Virus record (IMG/VR): IMGVR_UViG_3300042154_004306
Length of the DNA stretch: 64,000 nt
DNA from: a virus
Taxonomy: Duplodnaviria; Heunggongvirae; Uroviricota; Caudoviricetes
Reading direction: 5' to 3' (one strand)
Shown: one piece after another, positions 27,457-40,300 of the stretch
Numbering within the stretch: the first letter of the stretch is position 1
Layout: every line of letters starts with the position of its first letter
Made by a program: the position numbers and the translations under genes
The notes under the pieces: model-generated
Seen by the model: the letters and a program-made list of their open reading frames with translations, nothing else
Database searches by the model: none
What the model was told of the DNA's origin: nothing

Positions 27457-28524
27457 ATGGCATTTACTAACGTAACTCTAAACACACAACCTCTATTAGA
27501 GTCAACTTTCATCTCGGACATGCGTTTAATTCTAAACGCTAACGTTTCAGTGATCAAAGGAAAGGTTGAAGATCTAATCAATACATTTGAAATAGATTTG
27601 ACTAACAAGTACATTGGAGTAGACAACTACTTTAATCAAGTTAAAACAAACAACGTTATTCTTGGTAATAGTATCTCCTTCATGGACTCTACTAACACAA
27701 TCGGTAGCTTAACCAAGAGCTCCGGAAAATCAATCTTATCGATTGATAAATTGATCATTCAAGCTGGCGGAACTATTGATATGAGCGGTACAGCAAATAC
27801 GATGGCTATTAAAAGATTAGGAGTTGGAATTCCATTAACAAATGTAACAGCCGACGGATTTTATGTTGGAAGTTCAACGGTTTCAGTACCTTCACAATTC
27901 AACGGAGAAGCTGCATTTCCAAAGCAGGCAATCACTCAAAGTACAGAAGGTAGTACAAATACAGTAATCACAACAACTGCTTTATCTATTAGCGGAACTG
28001 ACTACTATCACGGTACTCTTAAATTAACCAAATCAAGTAAACAATTCATTTACTTAACCATTCAAGCTGCGGATACTAGCCCAAGTTCAATAAAGCCAGT
28101 AATCATATTCGTTTATGAAGATCCAGCGGATAGACCTGATCCTGGTCAAACCTTTACAATCGTTGTTAGAGATTACCAAACTTCTGCAAGCGTGGATGTA
28201 GCTGTTGCCAGTTGGGGAGCTATTCAAATTGTTCCAGGTTACACAAACTCTGCTACTGGGACACCAGTTTTATTGGATGGTAGCTCGTTAGGAGTTGCGG
28301 CTACGCCAACTGCTGCAATTACAGCGCTCTCATCCAACCATTACATTCAATTATTTAATGGAAACGTTCAATCTGGATTAGGAACATCTGATCTTGGTGG
28401 AGCTGCACTAAGACGTTTTGGATCATCAGTTAGCTTAACAAAATACGAAACGATAGGAAGCCCTACCGTTACTTCGGCTAGATTCGTTATCACAAGCTCA
28501 CATAACACAAAAACCGTAAACTAA
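27457..28524 (+). CDS. virion structural protein (fibre-like, Ser/Thr/Gly-rich beta protein)
   Basis: Late promoter, amino-acid composition and N-terminal LILNANVSVIK helix. Confidence 0.5.
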   Translation: MAFTNVTLNTQPLLESTFISDMRLILNANVSVIKGKVEDLINTFEIDLTNKYIGVDNYFNQVKTNNVILGNSISFMDSTNTIGSLTKSSGKSILSIDKLIIQAGGTIDMSGTANTMAIKRLGVGIPLTNVTADGFYVGSSTVSVPSQFNGEAAFPKQAITQSTEGSTNTVITTTALSISGTDYYHGTLKLTKSSKQFIYLTIQAADTSPSSIKPVIIFVYEDPADRPDPGQTFTIVVRDYQTSASVDVAVASWGAIQIVPGYTNSATGTPVLLDGSSLGVAATPTAAITALSSNHYIQLFNGNVQSGLGTSDLGGAALRRFGSSVSLTKYETIGSPTVTSARFVITSSHNTKTVN

Positions 28525-28538
28525 TTTAATTAAGTACT

Positions 28539-30713
28539 ATGCCAGTTGCACCATTAATAAAACCAATACAGACGCAGAAAGGAATGTTCTATTCTTTTCA
28601 AAGTGCGATTGAGGACCTAAGTTTAACCTTTAACAATAACACAAATAAGTTTAAATTTTCAAAGTTTGCATTGCTACGTATTCCAGAGATTGGGATCCCA
28701 GCAACAATGCAAACTGATAATAAAGTTCAGTTCCTAGCTCCTGGTGAAACTCCTCTGCTTAACAATCTTTCAACTAATGAAAACATTAACCTAGCTAACA
28801 GTTTTCAAAACTACGCGCTAAACTTTGAGAGTTTACTAATTTCTCAGTCAACCTATAATCGTGAAAAGAAATTAAACGTATCTGAGAGAGTTTTTTGGAA
28901 ATGGTTAAAGGAACTTGGTGCAGTACGCTGGAGAGATGCCACGAATGCTGAGGTTATTCAAAATTTACCGGCTGGAGAAAAACGTTGGGCTGAAGATTGG
29001 TACAATCCAACAATCTCTACCTATGACAGAGTTGTTAAGTACCTTGGCGAAATTGATGTAGTCAACTCAGTCCGAAGTAAAGATAATTCATACAGCGAAT
29101 TATACATTCACGCGCCAACCAATGTTGGATCAACTCCAACCGTTCTATTCAACTCAAAACCGGATGAGAACTATGGACCGGGTATGTTAATCGTTAATAC
29201 ACCAGGAGATCCATTAGATGTTGAGTACTTAAATGGTAGACACTATAATGATACTCATCCATTTGCTGGAATGAACCTTGAAGCCTTTTATGATCTAGAC
29301 ACAAACTCAGTTAGTTCAAAAATCTCAGATACTTTGACAGTTCAACCTACAACGACTGGTTTTTGGTGGGGAGCTTCATCGATCAATAATTCTTACTATA
29401 CGGACCAAGCTGCCTACTTTGGAACTCCATACGGGGTTACAAGTTCAACGCCTAAAGTTCAGAGAATTTTCAAGAACTATAACAGCGGAACCCGAACCGT
29501 TGAGTACTTACGTTCAACGTTAGATGGTGTTGTAATTGATTTCTCACTTTCAAACTATCTGATTGCTTCTCAAAATCCAAATATTAAATCATTTGCTCAA
29601 CTAAACGATAGTTACACAAATGAGGATTTTGAATTTAATGCGATCCTAATCTATTATGACGTGTATGATCCAGCACCAAATGCAACGGCTGGAACTGAAC
29701 CAGTTAGCGTAACCAACCTATACGGAGTTTATTTCTTGAATAAAGTGGTTCAAAGTGGAAGTGAATTCATTATTCCAATGATCACTAAGAACAAGCCAGA
29801 CACAATCAATAAAACCAACGGTAATTCATTTGCATTCAAGGTTAACGTTAAATTTGATACCTCAATTGAAGATGTTGCAGTTGAAAAATCAATAAACGAT
29901 TACAATACTTTTTCTCTAAATCTTTTCACTGATGTTTTAACCGAAATGAGAAGCTTACAGACAAAGTTTAATGATAAACTTTTAGAACTTAATACGCTAT
30001 CCGATGAAGTTGACTTAGCTAAAGACGCTTTATTAAATACTACTGCTCTAAAAAGTTTAGCTACTAGAATAGGAGTTATTGAAACAACCGTTGCTGCCTC
30101 AACTGCTGCATTTGCAGAAGCATCCGCAATTATGGATCTAATTGATTCAGCTAATTCAAGAATTGATGAAATACTAAGTAACAATACTTCATTACAAATA
30201 ACATATAACACCGACTCCTTTAAATCAGGATATGGTGTTTCGCTAGACAAGCACATTCCTGGAGAAATCACGTTCTATTCAGATATTCAAGCTTTCTCTA
30301 AAATAAATGATGCAGACTTTAGCGTGAATACTCTAGGTTCACGAACTGAAAGTTTAGGAATAGGCGGAACTCAAATTCGACATCTAAAAGTTAACGGATC
30401 AGGTAGCCCAATTCCTTGGACAATGGATCGTAATTTAACCCTATTCATTGATGATTCTTCAAATACTTGGAAAGCAGGTCAATCATTAAAAATTGTTTGC
30501 GATTCTCAAATCATTCCAAATTCTTACACAATAACCATAAAAACGGATTCACAGAATATTGTAAATGCGGGAAGCCAGTACAGCGTAATAATTGCAACAT
30601 TAACTGCTGCGGATTTTCCAACAACCTACGGTCGAACTGGCAAACCTATTATTGAAATAGTATGTAAAGATCCTAAAACTTTAACTTTCAATGTCGATAA
30701 AATAATTAGATAA
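28539..30713 (+). CDS. virion structural protein with central coiled coil
   Basis: 724 aa in the late operon, with a heptad region at about aa 465-545. Confidence 0.5.
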   Translation: MPVAPLIKPIQTQKGMFYSFQSAIEDLSLTFNNNTNKFKFSKFALLRIPEIGIPATMQTDNKVQFLAPGETPLLNNLSTNENINLANSFQNYALNFESLLISQSTYNREKKLNVSERVFWKWLKELGAVRWRDATNAEVIQNLPAGEKRWAEDWYNPTISTYDRVVKYLGEIDVVNSVRSKDNSYSELYIHAPTNVGSTPTVLFNSKPDENYGPGMLIVNTPGDPLDVEYLNGRHYNDTHPFAGMNLEAFYDLDTNSVSSKISDTLTVQPTTTGFWWGASSINNSYYTDQAAYFGTPYGVTSSTPKVQRIFKNYNSGTRTVEYLRSTLDGVVIDFSLSNYLIASQNPNIKSFAQLNDSYTNEDFEFNAILIYYDVYDPAPNATAGTEPVSVTNLYGVYFLNKVVQSGSEFIIPMITKNKPDTINKTNGNSFAFKVNVKFDTSIEDVAVEKSINDYNTFSLNLFTDVLTEMRSLQTKFNDKLLELNTLSDEVDLAKDALLNTTALKSLATRIGVIETTVAASTAAFAEASAIMDLIDSANSRIDEILSNNTSLQITYNTDSFKSGYGVSLDKHIPGEITFYSDIQAFSKINDADFSVNTLGSRTESLGIGGTQIRHLKVNGSGSPIPWTMDRNLTLFIDDSSNTWKAGQSLKIVCDSQIIPNSYTITIKTDSQNIVNAGSQYSVIIATLTAADFPTTYGRTGKPIIEIVCKDPKTLTFNVDKIIR

Positions 30714-30718
30714 ACTAA

Positions 30719-33700
30719 ATGGCAGATAAATCATCACTAACCGATTACCTAGCAGAACTAGGCGTTGATATTAACAACATGCAAGAGTTCTTGCTAAAGC
30801 TTAATACGTCCTTATCAACTAAGGCTAATTCAGTTAGTGTCACTCAAACCAAACAAGACGGAAGCACTGCAACCTATAACATTCCATCATTCGGCTACCT
30901 AAACACTCAAATTCAAAACATTGAAGAGAAGTTCAATAGTCTATTAAGTGGCAATGCAAACCAGCTTGGTGTAAAAGACAAAGATGGCAACTTACGAACT
31001 TTTGAATTAAAGGATATCTCTACAGTAATTAACGATCTAGAAAGAGTGAGTTCAACTGGCGTTGCCGTACCTGCTGCGTTTAACTACAAAACGAATTGGT
31101 TCTTTGAATCTTTCTTAAATCCATTACTCTACGTTAATATTGATACGTCAACTATAACAACTGATCCGGATATTAATAAATTTGAAGTAATTCGAGTAAT
31201 CATTACCTCTCAAATAGCTAGTGACACTCAGTACTTTGATGCCACATACCGAGGTAAAAACAATTTATCCTATGCTGCAGTAATTAGAGATCTAAACAAT
31301 CGAGGTATTCAATATTTTGAAGATACTGCGGAATTGGAACTTTCGCCAGCTAAGAATACTGTTAGAGGAGCATTCGATGTTCTTGACATTTTGGAAGATA
31401 GCGAAACTGCAATAGTCGGTGGACAAACTTTAACTCAGACCATTCGTAAGTATCGGTTAGGAACTCTACAATACGCTGGATTAACTGAGAGTACCTCAAG
31501 CGGAACGATAGAAAAAACGTTAAAGTCTGGAGACAAGTTAATTGCAGCCGACAATAGCGAATTTTTAGTCAAATCTGTTGATATTAACTCTCGCACAGTA
31601 ATACTTGAATTAGTGTTCGGTTCTAGCGGAATTGCCATAGGTACCGCTCAATTAAGAATTAAACCTATTCTTGAAAGATCTACGCTTGTCCAACTAAATG
31701 TTGGATATAATGAGAGAGATATTATTTTCTTAAGACCTGTAAGTGATAGATTAGCGGTAACAACTGATCAATACTCTCAAGGTTTTGGAATCTATACAAA
31801 TGATCTAACGATTGAAATGCAAAATGGAAAAGAGTTAACCTTAACTCAATTCTATCAAAATTTCGTATCTGATTTTGGTCTTATTTTCTTAAACTATGCA
31901 AAGGAAAAGAAATTACCAGCCTCATTAGGAGAGAGTCCAAATCCAGTGGTTGCAACTGCGACCAACTTTAAAGTTATTCAAATTGATCAACATATACAAG
32001 ATGCAGATAATACTCTTGCGATCAAGCAAAAAATTGCATCTAAAGAACAAAGTTCATCTCAAATATCTGAACTTGACAAGCAGATTAGTGCAACTCGTGC
32101 TAACTTAAATACGAATGCATCTTTGAATGAAGGTCAAAAATTAAAACTTGAACAAGACTTAAAGACCTATGCTGATCGTCGATTAACTCTTTCTAAAACT
32201 TTACAAAGTGTTGTAAGCGATATTACAACCTCAATCAAATCAACCCCAAGTTTCATAAAGAATCCAGAATATCGAGTTAGAGGATTTTGGGCTATTCCAG
32301 AACCTAGACAAACTCTACATGGCTTACAGAAGGTAGCTCAGTTTAAAATATCTTATCGTACTTTAAGCAAGACCGGCAGTAGCAAAACAGCCGATCAAAT
32401 AGAGTTCGTTGATGCGAATGGAAATAAAGTAACTGGAGCCTTCTCGCCATGGAGAGAATACTTATCTAAGGCCAGAACTAAAAAGCTAAATACGTCAACT
32501 GGTTATTATGAATGGGCAGATGAAAATTTAGCGGATCCAGATACAGTTAACTCAAATCAATTAGACATTCCAATTAAAAAGGGAGAAGTTGTTGAAATTA
32601 GAATCAAGAGTTTATCTGAAGCAGGTTGGCCAGATTCTCCAATTGAATCCGGTTGGTCTGATAGTATTCTAGTTGAATTCCCAGCTGATATTGAAACGGT
32701 TGAAGATGCAACAATCGTATCTCAACAAGCATTTGCAGATGAGGCACGTTTAAACTTCCAGGATGAATTAAATTCAAAAGGATTAGATATTCACCTTTCC
32801 ACCGCATTCACGACTCGTGATAAGTATTATGCCCACAAAGCTGAGGACGTTGCGAGTGGATTTTTTGCAACCGATGGAAACGTTGTTGATCTTTACACAA
32901 AGTTAAAGGCAATTGCTGATGATTTATCGGCAGTTCAAACTTCAATATCTACTGGAGCCGGTGCTTTAAAAGTAAGTATCATTGATCAATTAGGTAATGA
33001 AAAAGAAGTAAAGAATGGAGATTCGATTTCGCTGTTTGCTGGATACTATAAGGATCTAATCAAAGATACTAGTGTAACTCCAGTACAATATACTAATGGA
33101 AAAGTCGTGGCAGTACAATACCTTGTACAATTACAAAATACATCACAAACTGCACTACAATTAATTTCAACTTTAGCTGGAGGAATTGGAGTTCCAGCGG
33201 ACGACTCAGATCCAATTGCATATCCGACTTCTAACTATCATAAGAATTTACGATATGACAGAGTTCCATTAAGCATTAATAACTCAACTGATCAGACCAT
33301 TAGTAATTTTGTACAAAAGGACGGTTACCAATCATCTCATGTTCAAAGTCAATTTATGTATAGTCGTTACAAAGATATTACATTAGCGAATGACCTATAT
33401 GCTGGAGATAATCAAGGAGTGTATCCATACGTCAATGCGACATCTGGTAACTACGCATACGGCGGATTCCAAATAGGTTCAAACTACGTACCTTATGTAT
33501 ACGGTCACTATGTACCGTTTGACCCAACTCTATCAGCTACTCCTTATGCTACTAGTACTAACTCAAATGTATGGAACGGCACGTTATCCGGTTCAACCCC
33601 AAATGGTAGCGGTAAGTTGAGCGAGTTTTGTATTCACAAAAATCATCCAGAGATAACTACTGCCTGGAATCAAGCAACTTGGGATACAGCCAGACCTGCG

Positions 33701-34297
33701 TATCTTACGACCGATACCATTCAAAAGTATCTTCCGTTCAGCCAAGCGATTCATTGCGAAACCTCTGAGTCTGAGGGAACCAATGAGTTTGGCGCATCGT
33801 ATCTACAACAAGCCGCATACCAGAGACCTGCAGATGTTACGTTGGGAGCAGCCTCTTCTACTCTAAGAGAAAATCAATACCCTATCAAGAACGGATTTCT
33901 TAAGAACGATGAGTATTTAGTAGGTAAGTATACATGTGGAGCGTATTTGTACATGGCTCCATCCTCGTATTCATCAATATCCGTTGCTGGATTAAGCCCA
34001 TCTGGCGCAACAAAACAACTTGCATACGGCTCAGCTAATGCAATTAAGATTCCGTTAATATTCCAATTTAGAGCTAATGACAAACTTGGAAACATTGGCG
34101 GCTGGCGAGTAGCAAATCCAACTGGTCTAAAAAATGTTAAGTACTCTAAGAAAATTGGATTAGACATCTACACAACAGGTTCAGTATTTTCATTTGATGT
34201 AACCGTCGGTACTCAATACGAAAAGGAAACTGCAGTTGTTACTCCACTTAGTCAATTAGATATTTCAACATTTAGTGCAGTAGGCGCAACCGCTTAA
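30719..34297 (+). CDS. virion structural protein (coiled coil plus FN3-like segment)
   Basis: 1192 aa in the late operon; VEIRIKSLSEAGWP...SGWS looks like the end of an FN3 domain. Confidence 0.5.
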   Translation: MADKSSLTDYLAELGVDINNMQEFLLKLNTSLSTKANSVSVTQTKQDGSTATYNIPSFGYLNTQIQNIEEKFNSLLSGNANQLGVKDKDGNLRTFELKDISTVINDLERVSSTGVAVPAAFNYKTNWFFESFLNPLLYVNIDTSTITTDPDINKFEVIRVIITSQIASDTQYFDATYRGKNNLSYAAVIRDLNNRGIQYFEDTAELELSPAKNTVRGAFDVLDILEDSETAIVGGQTLTQTIRKYRLGTLQYAGLTESTSSGTIEKTLKSGDKLIAADNSEFLVKSVDINSRTVILELVFGSSGIAIGTAQLRIKPILERSTLVQLNVGYNERDIIFLRPVSDRLAVTTDQYSQGFGIYTNDLTIEMQNGKELTLTQFYQNFVSDFGLIFLNYAKEKKLPASLGESPNPVVATATNFKVIQIDQHIQDADNTLAIKQKIASKEQSSSQISELDKQISATRANLNTNASLNEGQKLKLEQDLKTYADRRLTLSKTLQSVVSDITTSIKSTPSFIKNPEYRVRGFWAIPEPRQTLHGLQKVAQFKISYRTLSKTGSSKTADQIEFVDANGNKVTGAFSPWREYLSKARTKKLNTSTGYYEWADENLADPDTVNSNQLDIPIKKGEVVEIRIKSLSEAGWPDSPIESGWSDSILVEFPADIETVEDATIVSQQAFADEARLNFQDELNSKGLDIHLSTAFTTRDKYYAHKAEDVASGFFATDGNVVDLYTKLKAIADDLSAVQTSISTGAGALKVSIIDQLGNEKEVKNGDSISLFAGYYKDLIKDTSVTPVQYTNGKVVAVQYLVQLQNTSQTALQLISTLAGGIGVPADDSDPIAYPTSNYHKNLRYDRVPLSINNSTDQTISNFVQKDGYQSSHVQSQFMYSRYKDITLANDLYAGDNQGVYPYVNATSGNYAYGGFQIGSNYVPYVYGHYVPFDPTLSATPYATSTNSNVWNGTLSGSTPNGSGKLSEFCIHKNHPEITTAWNQATWDTARPAYLTTDTIQKYLPFSQAIHCETSESEGTNEFGASYLQQAAYQRPADVTLGAASSTLRENQYPIKNGFLKNDEYLVGKYTCGAYLYMAPSSYSSISVAGLSPSGATKQLAYGSANAIKIPLIFQFRANDKLGNIGGWRVANPTGLKNVKYSKKIGLDIYTTGSVFSFDVTVGTQYEKETAVVTPLSQLDISTFSAVGATA

Positions 34298-34313
34298 AAT
34301 ATAACATAAACTT

Positions 34314-37300
34314 GTGGTAACATACACTCAACTTGCTGAGAGAAACGTAAGCTTTCAATTACTAAGAACTAACCCAAAATTAACAACTAACATTAAGTTA
34401 ACCGTTGATTCAGGTGGAGATCTGTGGTTAAATTCAATTAACGCAAATGAGCAGCTTGCTGATCAAAAGTATAAGAGATTCGCAATAAATGAAAATTCAA
34501 ACCATGAGATTAATCTCTATAAATTTTACGACAATGGTAAAACACCATCAGCTATTGCATACCAAGTAGGTTCAACCATTGGTAAGACTGCGGTAGCCAA
34601 GGATCTCAAAGATCAATTCGATTTTGATCTGTATACCAGTGGTGCAAAGTATTTGACAAGCAGACAATACTCTGAGAAATTTTCCTACTTTGCTCCTCTC
34701 TATTTAGATCAAGTAGTTCCAACCAAATTTGTCATTTTTAAAATACCTGGAGCCTCAAACTATACTGCCGGCCAGGGAAAGACGTTACAAAACATTTCCG
34801 TTCAAGAATTTGCAACCGACGCTTTTAAGCACTCGACCATTGTAAAAGTTTTTGACCTTGGCAAAACTTCAAAGATTGGGCAGTACTTGGAGAATATAGC
34901 TAAAAACCCAATGTTCACTAAAAAACCTCTATATGTCAATCATAAAACTGACGGATACTCATTATATAGAGGAGCTTCAATTTCAGCAGGTACTTATGTT
35001 GAAATTCCTGAGCAGTTAAGTACAGTATTTAGCAGAGCTCTACCTCTCTTAAAGGTTGAAGAATTTGTAACATTAGGATATGAAAGAAATAAGATCATAT
35101 ATCCTAAAATCTTAAATATGGAATTCCTATTTAATGATATTACTTCAAATGACTATGAATTCAATAGATATTTTGGTTTTTACTGTAATGACATTGACCT
35201 AGAAGAATTTGAAATTGATCTAGACCGAATGTATTCTGAGTCTTCCGAAAATGTAGTTGCTATTGAAACAGTTAGCCAACTGTCATTATCTCCAAGCTCA
35301 ACATTTACGTTATCGGTAACCGGTACTAATCTAGAAGATTTAGGCGTCAATAATATTTCATTTACTGGATCAGGTAATATTTCAGTTACGAATGCCGTAT
35401 TTAGCAGTGGAGTTCTAACAATTTCTGGAACATACACTAGCTTTCCTCAAGGCACGCAACTTACAATAACTGCTAATAACATTAATTCCATTAAGTTTGA
35501 ACTTCAAAGTTCAACGATTAGTGATCCATGGGTTGAACTTGAGACTCTGGTATTTGATCCATTTGTTAATGATCAAGCGTTACCGGTAAAATACAGTCAA
35601 GCTGATGATATTTCGCTTACCTTAACTAATTCAACTGGAGTTAAGCTTAATGGAAAAGAGCTAGGTCAAAACCTTAGTGATATAAATCAAAACCGAACAT
35701 CGACTGAGACTCTATTCTTTCCATATATCAAGTCAAAAACTGGAGACCTTCATCTAATTAATTCAAATGATTGGAATCAAAGCGATACACTAGTCACCTT
35801 TAAAATAGATGAGGTTAGCGTTGATCTAGGTACATTCTTTGGACCTACCGATTTAATTTCTCAGCCAACTGCCTCAATTTCAAAGGTTGACACCAAGTCG
35901 ACCGTTGCTCTACAATTGGTTAATAAGCCAGATCATTTGGATCGTCTTAGAATATACCATCCTAGTGGAAGTTGCCTAGACGTAAATGATAGCGGTGGAA
36001 GATACGATGAAATAGTTTTTGTAAAATCGTACTTTACTGGCGGACCTTCAAGCTTGCCTACTGGAACCACATACGTTGTTGATTATCCAACTATTCCAAT
36101 TATAAATTTCTCAGCGCTCGATCCAAATTCAGTACCTCCATCCAACTCACAATATTCACCAGCAGCTATCGGAACACAATACATTTCAACAATTGATAAC
36201 AGCAAGTGGTACTTCAATGGAACAGAATACATTGAAGGAGTTTACGGTTCTAGAATATACGTTAATGCGGACCTAGATATTAGTCAAATCACGCAAGCAA
36301 TTTATGGTGTTACAATAGAATTAAGAGACTCCTCTATTATTGCAGTACCATTCAACGATACAGTATTCATACAGTCTCGTGAATTTGGAGATACTTACGG
36401 AGAGTTAAAAATTAGGGTAATTGCTACAGCTTCCTCAACTTTCAAAATAAATGGAACTTCCACAAGTTCGTTAGTTTGGGCAGATGGTGGATTTTTAAGT
36501 AAACCTCATGCAATCATTGATATTGGAAATATTGAAAAGTTAACTCCAATACTTGATGATATAGTCGTAAAGACCAACACTAATTGGTCAAAGATTAGTC
36601 GAGTGTGTAGAGCGGTTGATTTAGTTAAAAGCGGACTATCTGATGCTGATCAAGCAGCAGCTCTCTCATACTTCAATAACTATGCAACAATTGAGCTAAT
36701 CGATGATGAAGCTGTCAATGTTAATTATGATAAAATAGAAATCAGAAAATTATTCAAACCTAAAATTGGAGTACTTTCAATTTTTGAAGTAATGGACATT
36801 GATTTTTCAACTTACTCAACTCGATACTCTAGAAATTTATTACTTGATCTATATAAAGACATTTACATTCCAGCAAATGTTACAATGTTAGACTTTACCA
36901 AGTATTCATATCAAATAGTTGGAGATGGCGACATTGAAGTAAATGGTCAACTATACGATATGGCCTCAGTTGGAACTGGGCCAAGACCCCTAGTTTGGCA
37001 AAATACAGATCAATTATCAAAGTACACGGTGGTTAGAGGAGATGCAATTTTAATATACGGAAAAAAGAGACCAAATACTACAACTGACCCAATCAGTACA
37101 CTATATCCAGACCGATTAGACTTAGCCTATTACGATGAATCTAATGATCTAATAGATTATAGCGGCCCGTTTGCACTAAAGGCTGACCACGCATATCAAA
37201 GTCAACAAAATTTGACTTATGAGAATCGAGATCGTTACGTTTTAGGAAATGTGTCAAGTGAATACCATGTTTACCTTGAAAATTTTAATAAAGACTATGC

Positions 37301-40300
37301 CTCGACCGGTAGAGTAATTCCATACATAACTAAATGGGGGCTGGAAGATTCAACAGATGGCCGTGATAATCCATATCGATTAAACTCCGACCTTATGTTT
37401 GGCAAGGATAATTTTGGACCATCTCATCGAGAAACTTCTCCAACTCCTGAAAAGTTGACACATGAGTGGTTCTATATTGAATCAGAGTTTGGATACTTAA
37501 ATGATCCTAAACTTGCACGATATAACTTTTCGTATTTTGATTCTCCAATTGACATTGACCAATTGACCGGGTCGACTCAATATTTTGAAACTTATTTTAC
37601 GTACATTCCAAAGGTTAATGGATTTGAGGTTGATAGGCCTCAATTTAGATACTCAATTTTAAATAAGAATCAATTCACCAAGCAGTATGAAACAACGTTT
37701 AAAGGTGCCAAATTCAAATTCTATGAAATTGATGATTTTGGGAATTCAATAATTGACACAACTCGATTCGAAGACTACAAATTCAGTGTGTTACTTAAAC
37801 CAATTAAAGAGATTCCAACCGTAACTCGGCAACCTATAAAGTACAGAGTGATTGAAAATACGAATGCTAAATCGATCACAGTACTAATAGAGGTAGCAAT
37901 CGGCTATAAAGGATTATTAGACAACTCAATCTTAACTGCAGATTGGTCAACATCAACTGGCGATTTAATCAATCAAACTTCCCTATTCAATAATTCATTT
38001 AGGACAACTCAAACTAGATATTCAATTGATGCAACTATTACTGTTTCAAGTTTAACAACTTACCTAAACTTAATTAATGGAACTACCTTGATCTCAGCCG
38101 ATCTAGGCCAAACTGTTCATATTATTTACGCGCCAGTAATTTCTCCATCCAGCTCACCAATTGCTCTATATTCTTCAATAATTGCTTCGGCTGGATCTAC
38201 CGTTTACTCGGATGTCAGCAATGGACTAATATCTAATGGAGATCGACTAGGAGAGCGAACTTACGCTAGTGTTTCCCAGGCTCTACCTCTAATTTTAAAT
38301 CAAGGAACATATCCTTGCGTTAGAATTCAATCAGAGTTCCAAGATAGCTGGGAGTTGAATACTGCAGCTGCTGGATCAGGTCAACTTGATCCAAGTTCGG
38401 GAGTTTTTAATAATACCCTAAATGGTGGAACCCTAGCGATTAATCAAGTGTCAGCTGTTAGTTCTTCATTTTTTGCAAACGGCACAATTAATCAAAGCTA
38501 TAAATTAAATCAGATTTTACAGAGCGGAAACTCGTTTAAAATAGCGTATGGTATTGCTAACTCAAGTTACGAGGAAGTTGTTTACACAGCATCATCTTCA
38601 GTTACTTATTCTTCTGGAGTTTTCACAATACCAATCACCTATGTTAATGGAGGAGTAACTACAAGCATAACTAACGGAACAGAGGTTCTATTCAAATCGA
38701 ATTGGGTTGTACCGAGTCCAGTTGATTCAAATTCTACTGCACTAGACGAATTTTCAATAGAACATAATGTGTCTTATTACGATTCAGTATTCGGAGATTA
38801 CCGAATTGAATTTAGCAATGTTTCTAATTTAACTCATTCTTTCTTGTATTTTGCAAAAAATAAGAAATACAATAATAAAGCCGCAGCCTATTCAACGATT
38901 AAGTTGTCTAGAGGAGTTGACTTGTCTACGAGTGGAATCAATATAAGCACCGCTACTCTATTGCCTGAGTCTATTGAAACTCGCAAGCTTATTGGATTGC
39001 TGGACTATGATTCAGCAGCTGACTCTGAAATAGAACAGTCAAATATCGGATTTTCTCCATTTTATATAATAAAACCAGGTCAAAAGAGTATTGTTTTACA
39101 AATTCAAACAGTTAGCGGTCCTTCAAGTACACCAGTTTTGCCGACTCCAACCAACTTAGCAAATATTACATTGACTGAGGACGGAATCGCTGGAGCAAAT
39201 CAAAATCTAGCCATTTTGTCCCAAAGCTCAACTAAATCGCTTAAGACCGTTATTCCAGCAACTATTAATTTAGGGGATATCGTTTCATTCTCTTACGCTG
39301 ATTCGGGTATTCCAAATGGTATCACTTCTACTTGGGTAGAGCAAGCTCAACACTTTCAAATATTTGGAGGAGTCAAGTACTTTGATAAATTATTTGGAAA
39401 CCTTTCATTTGCCAAATTTGTTCAACTATTGGACAAATCACAAGAAGTTATTAGCTGGGAAACATATACTGATGGCATTAATCTAAACGTCAAGAAGCTC
39501 TCAATGGAGGTGCTGGCTGCTGATGAAATTTCAAAATCAACAATTGTTAAGATTTCACAAGAGTCTGTTCAATCTGGTCAAATTAATCAAATTGCAGGAG
39601 TTACGCTAAGTGAAGTTAATTCACAAGCCTACTCAGTTAACAGATACTCTGGCGAATATGATATTATAACTAAACCGACCGCTGGATTCAAGTACAATTT
39701 TTCAATAAATGAAAATGACTTAACTAGTGCAAATGTTTGCCTAAATCCTCACGTTGAAAATTTCTTTGTAATACCGGAGTTTGAGTTTGTTAAGTACGCA
39801 AAAACTTCAATTTTAGATTTAGAGAACAGCCAAAACTATTCAGCTGAGTATCCATTAATTGGAGAAACTCCAATTGACCGAACCTCTTTAAATATCTTAT
39901 CTTCTAGCTGGGATTACAATTACCATTTTGAGTATTCACAAAAGAACACATTCTCTAGAATTCCAGGAAGCCGTAGGGTTACAGAAGACTATTCGTTCAT
40001 TTCGAAGCTTATCAATGTTCCGACCGGTTTTACAATTGAGTCATTCACTGCGCTTGAGGTAGATAATCCAACCTTCTTAACCTCAACTGCAACAACCGCT
40101 AACTTAGAATATTCGATTTTTGGAAATGAAGTTCGTTTCAAATTGAACATAACTGACCTAATAACTAAGCACCTATCAGATAACGGTCTTCGCTCTGAAT
40201 TCCAAAAGTTCTTTAAGGATGAGACTGGCAACTTAATTACAACGAGTACAGAATTTCTTGGTGATCTAACCTTTGAACAGTACTTAGCTCAATACTGCTC